DNA from: Pseudomonadota bacterium
GTDB lineage: Bacteria; Pseudomonadota; Gammaproteobacteria; Steroidobacterales; Steroidobacteraceae
Length of the DNA: 32,238 nt
Assembly: GCA_041180705.1 (NCBI GenBank)
Contig: JBEGRA010000155.1
Coordinates: 1 to 32,238, forward strand
Direction of reading: 5' to 3'
Made by a program: the position numbers and the translations under genes. The notes under the pieces are model-generated. The model did no database searches. It was not told where the DNA came from and saw only the letters and a list, made by a program, of their open reading frames with translations. This document shows positions 19,939-27,650 of this stretch, piece after piece (the stretch's first letter is position 1; every line of letters begins with the position of its first letter).

Positions 19939-19980
19939 TACGCGCCACTTCTTGCGAGCCTAAACCGGCCAGACCTGGCG

Positions 19981-21240
19981 CTAGGCTTTTGCTGCAGCAT
20001 CACGACTGATGGCGCGATTGAGCAAGGCCACGCCCCACAAGTTGACCAGACAAACCGAGTAGAAAATCGCTGCGATCAGGAGCGGCAGGGTGAAATCGGT
20101 TTTCGATACGAAGTTGGAAGCGAAGAAGGGGCCGATCGCGATCCCGGCCTTGACCATCAACAGAAACAGCACCGCAGCGCGTCCGGTCCGGTCCATTTCG
20201 ATCGCGAAGGCCAGAAGGTAGGGAAAGGGAAACGTGATGCAGAACACGTAGACCATTAGCGCCAGCACATAGGCGGTTGGCCCAGTGAGGTAGAATCCCA
20301 GTACGCCCAGCGAAGCGAGCTGCAAGGCCAGGGTAATGACACAGGGCCACAGGCGGCCGATCCGGTCGCTGAGCAACCACGCCACAACCGACCCGCCAAT
20401 CCCCGCCAGGAACGACAGCGAGAGCGTCTGGCCGACCGCTTCGACCGACATGCCCGATGCCACGCCAAGACGTTCGATATAGGCCCAACTGGCAGCATAG
20501 GCGACATGGAACCAGAACGCCGGAAGGGTCGCGAACAGCACTACCAGCACCGCGCGAGTCAGTGCAGAGCCCGTCAAACCGCTTTTGGCGACGCTACCTT
20601 CTTCGCTTTCACGGGGCCACTTGCCAGCCGACGGCATCCAGAAGGCAGCAATAAGGGCTGGCATGGCAAGCGCCGCCAGGAAGCCATAGGCACCTGCTAC
20701 GCCATAGCCTTCGATGAAGCGCGGCATAACCAGGAAACCCGCAGAGGCAACCGCCATCTGCATGCCGATAAACAGGGCCGTGTTGCGTTCCGGGCGCGAA
20801 CCGTCGGTCAGCGCAGTTCCGCCCAGTGCCATCATCGACCCGCCGCAGAAACCCGCCAGCAGTCTGACCGCGAGCAGCGGCGCAAAGTGCTGCAATTGCG
20901 AGGATACGACGTGGCACAGGCAAAGGCAGAGCGCCAGTCCAATGGCAAGGCGCCTCCAGTTCGCCCGCCGGATCCAATAGATCGCGGCAATAGCAGCGAG
21001 AAACATGCCAAACATGTCGGCCGAAGCGATCAGCCCGACCTCTCGGGTGGAAAAGTCGAGATGGTCGGTGACAGCCCCCACTACCATCGGCAGCAGCGGA
21101 AAACTGATCGACCCCATGACGAAGACGAACAGTGCTGCGACTATTCTGACGGTCCGATCGACCTCAGTGGCCTGTTCCTGTGTGTCCGGGTTCACCGCGT
21201 CGATCCCTTCGGTTTGATTTTCAAGATACTGGCCAGTCAA
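19981..21240 (-). CDS. MFS transporter
   Basis: 419 aa, about 12 hydrophobic segments in a typical MFS layout. The start is a TTG at 21240 that overlaps the upstream gene by 20 nt, so the exact start is uncertain. Confidence 0.78.
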   Translation of the reverse strand: MTGQYLENQTEGIDAVNPDTQEQATEVDRTVRIVAALFVFVMGSISFPLLPMVVGAVTDHLDFSTREVGLIASADMFGMFLAAIAAIYWIRRANWRRLAIGLALCLCLCHVVSSQLQHFAPLLAVRLLAGFCGGSMMALGGTALTDGSRPERNTALFIGMQMAVASAGFLVMPRFIEGYGVAGAYGFLAALAMPALIAAFWMPSAGKWPRESEEGSVAKSGLTGSALTRAVLVVLFATLPAFWFHVAYAASWAYIERLGVASGMSVEAVGQTLSLSFLAGIGGSVVAWLLSDRIGRLWPCVITLALQLASLGVLGFYLTGPTAYVLALMVYVFCITFPFPYLLAFAIEMDRTGRAAVLFLLMVKAGIAIGPFFASNFVSKTDFTLPLLIAAIFYSVCLVNLWGVALLNRAISRDAAAKA

Positions 21241-22291
21241 TGGTCATTCCATTAAGCATTTCAGCAAGCAACATGATCGCAACAAGGAACGCGGCTTCGG
21301 CTCCAAGCAGGATTGCGGCTTTCCGGCCGACCTGGCGAATTTCGAGCAAGGAAGTCTTCAGGCCGACGGCGGAAATCGCGACGATGAGGCATGCGCGCGA
21401 AGCATGACCCAGTGCAGACTGAACATTGGCCGGAACCCATCCGAGGCTTGCCATGACCACGAGTGCAACGAAGCCAACCAGGAACAGCGGGACAAGCGGC
21501 GCCCGGTTCGCAATGCTGTCAGCCGGGTGGCGAGCCCGAAATGCGGCACCAAGTCCCAATACTACCGGGAGCAGCATGGCTACCCGCAGCATTTTCGTCA
21601 GCACGGCATAGTCACCGGCTTCATGGGAAATGCTGTATCCCGCTCCCGCCACTTGGGCAACGTCGTGAATCGTCCCGCCGATAAAGACCCCGGACTGAGA
21701 GGCAGATAGCCCCAGATGCTTCGCTATGACCGGGTAGAGGATCATCGCTAATGTCGAAAGCACGGTGATCCCGGCTATAGTAAAACTCAGTTGCCGCTCG
21801 GATGATTCATCGCGGGGCAAGACCGCCGCGATCGCCATGGCCGCCGATGCACCGCAGATCGCAGTCGCGCCGCCTGTGAGGATCCCAAGGTTGCGATCAA
21901 GACCCAGGATTCGGCTCATGACGATACCGAAGGCAATGGTGGTGAAAACACCCGCAATGACCAGCCCGCCATTGAACCACCCCAGGCCGCCGATCTGATC
22001 CATGGTGATCCGGGCTCCCAGCAGGGCGACGCCCAGCCGCAGCACCCGCTTGCCAGCAAAGCTGACGCCAGCACAGGCTTTGCCTTCTGCACTGAGCGGA
22101 TGAAGCGCCAATCCCAGAAGGAGCGCAAGCAGCATCACCGGCCCGCCGTAGGTGCCCGCAACGAAGGTAGCCGCAACCGCAATCACGCAAGCCAGAACAA
22201 AGCCGGGCCAGATATCCAGAACGCGATTGGCAATCGTCTGGCGCGCGCCTTCGAACATGATCAAAGACGCCCGGCTGGCAATGACTGCCAA
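21221..22291 (-). CDS. YeiH/UPF0324 family membrane protein (database label: putative sulfate exporter family transporter)
   Basis: 356 aa polytopic protein. WPGFVLACVIAVAATFV..., GVFIGGTIHDVAQVAGAGYS (a conserved YeiH-type block as I recall it). The start is either the TTG at 22291 or the ATG at 22258. Confidence 0.78.
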   Translation of the reverse strand: MAVIASRASLIMFEGARQTIANRVLDIWPGFVLACVIAVAATFVAGTYGGPVMLLALLLGLALHPLSAEGKACAGVSFAGKRVLRLGVALLGARITMDQIGGLGWFNGGLVIAGVFTTIAFGIVMSRILGLDRNLGILTGGATAICGASAAMAIAAVLPRDESSERQLSFTIAGITVLSTLAMILYPVIAKHLGLSASQSGVFIGGTIHDVAQVAGAGYSISHEAGDYAVLTKMLRVAMLLPVVLGLGAAFRARHPADSIANRAPLVPLFLVGFVALVVMASLGWVPANVQSALGHASRACLIVAISAVGLKTSLLEIRQVGRKAAILLGAEAAFLVAIMLLAEMLNGMTIDWPVS

Positions 22292-22503
22292 CGAGGATCC
22301 ATTTCACGCTTGGCAGGCGGTTCCACCATGTCTCAATGTTCTCCCTGAACAGGCAACCTATGGCAGGTCCGGGGATATAAATTGTGATTATGCGTCATTT
22401 TATTGTATTAAGGCGACAAACGGTTTGCCTGTGTGATGCAAGTGCAAGTCGCGGCGACGCACCTCATTCGCATGTTGCGGCGCCCTGTCAGCCCAGCAGA
22501 TGC

Positions 22504-23622
22504 TTAGTTGCCCAAAGCTTCAGCTGACGGAGTATGTTTCAGCCCTAGCGCATCGGCGACCGGGCCGCAGGTAATCCTGCCATTCCAGACGTTCAGACCT
22601 GCGGCCAGGTGATGATCGGACCGAAGTGCTTCGCCCCAGCCAAGATCCGCGATGCGCAGCGCATGGGGCAAAGTAACGTTGTTTAATGCATAGGTGCTGG
22701 TGCGAGCAACCGCGCCTGGCATATTGGCAACGCAGTAATGAACGATCTGATCGACAACATATGTAGGCTCTGCGTGTGTTGTCGGCTTGGACGTTTCGAA
22801 GCAGCCGCCCTGGTCAATCGCAACATCCACTAGCACAGCCCCGGGTTGCATTGTCCCGAGCATGGCCCTCGTCACTAACTTGGGAGCCGATGCCCCAGGA
22901 ACGAGTACGGCTCCAATGACCAGGTCTGCCTGGGCAACACATTCGGCGATGTTGGCCTGATTGGCAAAGCGCGTCTTCGCACTGGCGGCGAAATGTACAG
23001 CCAAGCGTTCGAGCACATCTGGATTGCGATCCAGGATCGTTACGTCAGCACCCAGGCCAACGGCCATTTGCGCTGCATTGAACCCGACAACTCCGCCACC
23101 GATGATGGCAACCTTCGCCGGAAGAACCCCCGGAACACCGCCAAGCAAAACGCCGCGGCCTCCGTGGGCTTTCTCTAGCGCCGTTGCGCCGGCCTAGATC
23201 GCCAAGCGACCGGCAATTTGGCTCATCGGCTTGAGCAGTGGCAAACCATTCGTTCGGTCTGTAACCGTCTCATAGGCAATGCAGGTCGCCCCCGAGGTGA
23301 GCAGATCGCGCGCCTGTTCGGGGTCTGGTGCAAGATGCAAATAGGTGAAGAGAACCTGGCCCTCGCGCAGCATGGCTCGCTCGGCAGCTTGCGGCTCCTT
23401 CACCTTTACGATCAGGTCGGCCCGCTCGAAAACCTCCTTGGCGGTTGCGACGATTTGCGCACCCGCTTTCAAAAAGGCCTCATCACTCGCTCCGATGCCC
23501 ATGCCGGCATTCGTCTCGACCAATACCTCGTGACCATGTGCGCGCAGTTCGGCGACGCTTTCGGGCGTCAGGCCGACACGATATTCGTGGTTCTTGATTT
23601 CTCGGACCGTTCCCACGCGCAT
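22504..23622 (-). pseudogene. ald: Alanine dehydrogenase interrupted by one in-frame TAG (23196-23194)
   Basis: ORFs 23194..23760 and 22504..23148 are in the same frame (the 1257-nt span is divisible by 3). Read together they give MRVGTVREIKNHEYRVGLTPESV...[52 protein letters not shown]..., a full-length ~372-codon Ald. The stop sits where Ald proteins have Gln (CAG to TAG). Confidence 0.85.
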
Positions 23623-23790
23623 AGAACCGCGCCCCCTCCACTCAACCGCATCTTGACCGAGGAATTCGACCATGATCGCGATGGACGGGTGGCTAGTCAC
23701 GCCCAGTTGTCTTGTATTGTCGTTTGGTGACACGCTCTTGCTTAACTGCGCCAGACTCATGGCCGCGACAGCCTTTGGCGGGGCGCGACA

Positions 23791-24810
23791 TCAATGCTGC
23801 TCTTCGTTTCGGCAGTTCTTTCGCCAATCGCCCGGTGTCACCCCGTACCAGCGTTTGAAGGCATGGTTGAATGTGCTCTGTTCACGGTACCCAAGGTGAT
23901 AGGCGATCGTGGACAGCTGCAGGTTTCCATCTTCGAGCAATTCGGTAGCCATCATTTTGCGCGTGTCTTCCAGCAGCTTTTCGTAGGTCATTCCTTCGCG
24001 CGAAAGGCGGCGCTGCAGGGTTCGCTTGTTCGAACAGATCTGGTCGGCAATGATCTCGATCGAGAACTGCCCCGTCGGCAAAAATCGGCGGATCAGGCTG
24101 CGGACATTGTCCGGCAGGTTCTTCCTGCCCCAACCGGTTTGCTCGCCCAGTACCGAGGTTACCAGGGCCAGAACATCGTGATCTTCATTGCGGTTCTTGG
24201 CCTGCAGAACCTCGTCGGAAAACTCGATGCCGTCGATCTCGGTATCAAACTCCGGCACCATGCCGAAATACTCGGCATATTTCCGGATCGGGCTGATTGG
24301 AGAGTGCTTGAAGCGGACGGAACCCGGCGTGAAACTGTTGCCGATGAAAATCCGCGCGACCTTCAAGGTCGTCAGCAGCGATTCCTCAACCCACTGGTTT
24401 GATATCGGCCGGAGCGCCTCGTTGAGGAAAAACTGATAGATGAACGACCCGTCCATATCGACGATATCGGCCTCGTATGCCCCGGCAACATGCACGGACG
24501 AGTACCGTTTGATCTCTAGCAGCGCAGTCTGGAAGTCCGGCGCATACTTCAGGATCAGATTGAGCGGCCCGAAAAAGGCGAAATCGCGCGAACGGGCCAG
24601 TTCCAGCCCGAAACTGGGCAGGTTCGCTTCACGCGCCGCCAGTTCATAGCAGGCCAGAATTCCCCGGAATGGTACCCATCGTTCGGGATCGTGAGCGGGA
24701 TTGAAGCCGATGCCGGCCTTGGCGAGGATTGCGGCCGGATCAACGCCACGGCGCGCCACCGCTTCGGTGAGGCCCAGCAAGGCCCGGCTGCGCCCTAACG
24801 GTTCGGTCAC
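23791..24810 (-). CDS. AraC-family transcriptional regulator (Arabinose_bd-type N-terminal domain)
   Basis: C-terminal HTH LSTIAYHLGYREQSTFNHAFKRWYGVTPGDWR. The GTG at 24810 is preceded by GAAGGA; the longest ORF start is at 24900. Divergent from the aminotransferase gene. Confidence 0.85.
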   Translation of the reverse strand: MTEPLGRSRALLGLTEAVARRGVDPAAILAKAGIGFNPAHDPERWVPFRGILACYELAAREANLPSFGLELARSRDFAFFGPLNLILKYAPDFQTALLEIKRYSSVHVAGAYEADIVDMDGSFIYQFFLNEALRPISNQWVEESLLTTLKVARIFIGNSFTPGSVRFKHSPISPIRKYAEYFGMVPEFDTEIDGIEFSDEVLQAKNRNEDHDVLALVTSVLGEQTGWGRKNLPDNVRSLIRRFLPTGQFSIEIIADQICSNKRTLQRRLSREGMTYEKLLEDTRKMMATELLEDGNLQLSTIAYHLGYREQSTFNHAFKRWYGVTPGDWRKNCRNEEQH

Positions 24811-24958
24811 TCTGAATCCTTCTTTACGGCTAGCGCATACTATCAATTGAGTGGCACGAAAAGGCAATACGATCGACTGTCCGGCGTTAATCTGGGCCAT
24901 GGCGGAAAGCGCTGATCAATTCGTCTGCCAGCGAAGGTCCGGGGAGTTAGGAACAGCC
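24811..24958. promoter_or_regulatory. Divergent intergenic control region between the AraC gene and the class-III aminotransferase gene
   Basis: 148-bp gap between divergent starts. Contains two copies of ATCAATT (24842-24848 and 24915-24921), the first inside a CAATTG palindrome. No promoter hexamers could be assigned with confidence. Confidence 0.35.
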
Positions 24959-26248
24959 ATGGAAACCAAGGGTCGCGATCACATCGAAGCGGTAACGCGC
25001 GACCACATCAATTCCGGCAAGATCGACCTGTTCAAGCAGATCGGTGTCAACCTGATCATGGGTGAGCGATCAGGCTGTGACGTATATGATATCTCGGGCG
25101 CGAAATACCTTGACGTGTTGTGCGATGGTTCGACCTACAATTTCGGACACCGCAATCCAGAGATCATCGATACGCTCAAGGCAGCCCTCGACCGGGTCGA
25201 TATCGGTTGCCAGTTTCTGGCTTCGAGAGAGCGAGCGCTACTGGCCAAAGACATCGTCCGCACCAGCCCCGAGGGGCTGAGCTATGTCCATTTCATTGCC
25301 AGCGGCAGTGAGGCCAACGACGCCGCGATCAAGGCTGCGCGCTTCGCCACCGGGCGGCGCAAGATCGTTTCCATTGCCAAGAGCTTCCACGGCGTAACGG
25401 GACTGGCGGCCAATGCCAGCGACAAGGCTTTCTGGCAGCCCTTCAATGCTGGCCGGAACTCCGACGATTTCGTGACAGTCGCTTGGAACGATCTGGGGCA
25501 GATGGCCGATGCGTTGGCCGGTGAAGACGTCGCCGCGGTGCTGATCGAAACGGTGCCGGCGACGCTGGGCTGGCCGATCCCGGCGGATGACTATCACGCT
25601 GGGGTCAAGGCGCTGTGCGAGCGCCACGGCGCATTGCTGATCATGGATGAAATCCAGACCGGCCTGGGGCGAAGCGGCCACCTGTGGGGGCTTGAGCGCT
25701 GGGGCGCCCGGCCCGACATCATGGTGGTAGCCAAGGGCATCGGCGGCGGGATCTATCCCTTTGCATATCTGGCCATGACCGAACGGGCAGCATCCTGGAC
25801 GCGCGAAGCTCCGCTTGCCATGCCATCGACCTTCGGCGGCAGCGAGCTGGGCTGCGTTGTCGCGCGCAAGGTGCTGGCACTGGCAAGCGCCGACGCCACC
25901 CTTGCCCACGTGCGGGAAATGGCCGCGCTGCTGGGTGCAGGCTTCGACCGGCTCAAGGCCCGGTTCCCCGAGCAGCTGTTGGAGGTTCGCCAGCTCGGCC
26001 TCGCCGCGGGGCTCAAATTTGCCGATCCGGCGGGCGGTGTAAAGATGATGCGATCGCTGTTCCGCCACGGTGTGCTGGCCCTGTTCGCGGGTTACGATCC
26101 TTCGGTCGTCCAGCTGAAACCACCGCTGGTCATAACCGCCGCGCAGATTGGCCAGCTGCTCGATGCGCTCGCCAAGGCGATCGCCGAAATGGATGAACCG
26201 CTGCCATTCACGCAAGGCATGGGCGCGCTGGATGCGCTGCATTCCTGA
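24959..26248 (+). CDS. Class-III (ornithine/GABA/putrescine-type) PLP aminotransferase
   Basis: The ATG at 24959 follows AGGA. FIASGSEANDAAIKAAR, MDEIQTGLGRSG, PLP lysine in DIMVVAKGIGGG. ~429 aa. Confidence 0.88.
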   Translation: METKGRDHIEAVTRDHINSGKIDLFKQIGVNLIMGERSGCDVYDISGAKYLDVLCDGSTYNFGHRNPEIIDTLKAALDRVDIGCQFLASRERALLAKDIVRTSPEGLSYVHFIASGSEANDAAIKAARFATGRRKIVSIAKSFHGVTGLAANASDKAFWQPFNAGRNSDDFVTVAWNDLGQMADALAGEDVAAVLIETVPATLGWPIPADDYHAGVKALCERHGALLIMDEIQTGLGRSGHLWGLERWGARPDIMVVAKGIGGGIYPFAYLAMTERAASWTREAPLAMPSTFGGSELGCVVARKVLALASADATLAHVREMAALLGAGFDRLKARFPEQLLEVRQLGLAAGLKFADPAGGVKMMRSLFRHGVLALFAGYDPSVVQLKPPLVITAAQIGQLLDALAKAIAEMDEPLPFTQGMGALDALHS

Positions 26249-26259
26249 CCGCGCGCGCC
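26177..26259. repeat. 83-bp direct repeat, copy 1 (authentic 3' end of the aminotransferase gene plus 11 nt downstream)
   Basis: Aligns base-for-base with 27247-27329 (offset 1070). I count 7 mismatches, all transitions. Encodes AIAEMDEPLPFTQGMGALDALHS-stop. Confidence 0.9.
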
Positions 26260-26511
26260 ACCCGGTCTGGGCCGCCACTTGTCGATCCTCGCCGCACAAA
26301 AGCTGCAGGAATAGGCGGTGGAATTGGCAGGCGACTACGCAGCTTTAAACCAGTTTGTGGCGCACCAGCCGGGCAGCAATATCCCGCCCATCGGGCCAGA
26401 GGCCGCCCTGACCGGGGTGCCCAGCTATTTCAACGGCAGGGCCGCGTCCAATTAAGGGAGGGGGAGGCCAATGAAATTCTGCACGGGATCATCGCCCAGT
26501 TGGTTCTGAGC

Positions 26512-27159
26512 CTATATAGGCGCGCGTTGTCCTTGGGGGCGGTTGGCGATTTCCCGCGCGCGTGCGGCTGCAAAGCCGGGGCGATCTTTCAGCCGGGCGT
26601 ACCAGCCTTGGGTCAGCGGCCCCAATTCCGCATCATAGCCAAAGCTGGCGCTCAGGTGGACGGCATAGCCCACGCAGACATCCGCGATCGTAAAGCGCCC
26701 ACCAGTCAGCCAATCACGGCCGTCTGCCAGCGCCTCTTCAATGCTCTTGGCGCGGCCTATGAAGAACCCTTTATAATCCGCCACAGCCTGCGGCAGTTGA
26801 CGCGCGTTCGGTTCCAACCGGGTGTAGCGCAGCACGATCGTCAGCGGAAAGGTCAGCGTCGCATCACTGCGGTGCAGCCAGTTGAGAAAGGACAGGTATT
26901 CGCTTTCTTCGGCGCGGATTTCCAGCGCGGTGCCCTGCGCGATCCGTTGGCAGATGGCGGCGCTTTCGGTCAGCAAATGGCCATTTTCTACCCAAGCGGG
27001 GATCGTGCCTAAGGGGTTGATGTCCTTAAATTGCTTGGCAAACCAGCGGGGCGGGAAGGGCCACATTTTTAAATCAAGGTCAAAGCCCGTTTCTTCGGCG
27101 GCCCAAAGGCAGCGAAAGGATCGGGCGCCTTCGCAATGGTGCAAAATGGGCAGGGCCAC
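26512..27159 (-). CDS. Glutathione S-transferase family protein
   Basis: The GTG at 27159 is preceded by AGGA. ALPILHHCEGARSFRCLWAAEETGFDLDLKMWPFPP...INPLGTIPAWVENGHLLTESAAICQRI (thioredoxin-like N-domain), then a helical C-domain. The 314-aa track ORF is this gene plus read-through into repeat copy 2. Confidence 0.85.
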   Translation of the reverse strand: MALPILHHCEGARSFRCLWAAEETGFDLDLKMWPFPPRWFAKQFKDINPLGTIPAWVENGHLLTESAAICQRIAQGTALEIRAEESEYLSFLNWLHRSDATLTFPLTIVLRYTRLEPNARQLPQAVADYKGFFIGRAKSIEEALADGRDWLTGGRFTIADVCVGYAVHLSASFGYDAELGPLTQGWYARLKDRPGFAAARAREIANRPQGQRAPI

Positions 27160-27246
27160 GGCGTCAGTTCCTAGGGTTGGGCAATAGCAGGGCGGTGGTC
27201 GCGCCACGCAAATTACAGGCCTCCTGCAATGATGATGGGCGTGCTT

Positions 27247-27329
27247 GCGATCGCCGAAATGGATGAACCACTGCCATTCGCGCAAGACATGGGCGCGCTG
27301 AATGCGCTGCATTCCTAATCGCGCGCACC
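27247..27329. repeat. 83-bp direct repeat, copy 2 (orphan 3' fragment of an aminotransferase gene)
   Basis: Encodes AIAEMDEPLPFAQDMGALNALHS-stop with no gene body upstream (only MMMGVL in frame). ~92% identical to 26177-26259. Confidence 0.9.
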
Positions 27330-27344
27330 CGATCAGGAATGCAG
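27307..27344 (-). terminator. Stem-loop immediately downstream of the Dabb gene (10-bp perfect stem, 18-nt loop)
   Basis: CTGCATTCCT (27307-27316) is the exact reverse complement of AGGAATGCAG (27335-27344). It begins 5 nt after the Dabb stop (27350-27352). There is no clear U-tract, so it may be a processing or stabilising hairpin rather than an intrinsic terminator. Confidence 0.45.
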
Positions 27345-27349
27345 TCAGA

Positions 27350-27640
27350 TCAAACCGTGTAGTGAACCCTTGCCACGGCTTCTCCCAGGGGAACAAATTG
27401 CTGCGCGAAGGCAATGTGATCGGGATGACCGGCGTAGCCGCGCATTGCAGCCTCATCCGCGAAATCGATCACCAGGGCATAGTCCCAAGTCCCTTCCATC
27501 AGCTTCAGGTTCGGACCGAACTCGAAACGGTGGATACCGGGAACAACGCTTGAAATCGCGGCAAAACCCTCGCCAACCCGGACGATGTCTTCGGCGGTGA
27601 CTTCGGGTTTGAATTTCACCATCGTGATCTGTCGGATCAT
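27350..27640 (-). CDS. Dabb (stress-responsive alpha/beta-barrel, dimeric) family protein
   Basis: 96 aa. MIRQITMVKFKPEVTAEDI...FEFGPNL...WDYALVIDFADEAAMRGYAGHPDHIAF fits the Dabb pattern. GGAGAG lies 10 nt-scale upstream, directly after the aminotransferase stop. Confidence 0.85.
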   Translation of the reverse strand: MIRQITMVKFKPEVTAEDIVRVGEGFAAISSVVPGIHRFEFGPNLKLMEGTWDYALVIDFADEAAMRGYAGHPDHIAFAQQFVPLGEAVARVHYTV

Positions 27641-27650
27641 GTCACTCTCC

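Noticed and set aside
22292-22503. AT-rich stretch (ggggatataaattgtgattatgcgtcattttattgtatta) upstream of the YeiH-family gene, considered as a promoter or riboswitch.
   Set aside because: It is plausibly the promoter region for the YeiH-MFS genes. However, I could not place -35/-10 hexamers with proper spacing or recognise any riboswitch consensus, so it is left unannotated.
26318-26455. 45-codon ORF (VELAGDYAALNQFVAHQPGSNIPPIGPEAALTGVPSYFNGRAASN) between aminotransferase repeat copy 1 and the GST gene; possibly the tail of a lost gene.
   Set aside because: I could recognise no family motif, there is a stop immediately upstream, and it starts at GTG without an SD. I mention it only as possible remnant DNA carried in with the GST segment.
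26471-26509. 12-codon mini-ORF (MKFCTGSSPSWF) preceded by a conspicuous purine run, GGGAGGGGGAGG (26456-26467).
   Set aside because: It is too short to evaluate and has no conservation evidence available. It lies in remnant DNA convergent with the GST stop. The G-run could equally be a structural or non-functional feature.
26512-27456. 314-aa minus-strand ORF in the track, suggesting a much longer GST-fusion protein.
   Set aside because: The N-terminal ~100 residues are the antisense translation of repeat copy 2 and of intergenic DNA (GMQRIQRAHVLREWQWFIHFGDR mirrors the antisense of the aminotransferase tail). The GST fold begins at the GTG at 27159, which has its own SD.
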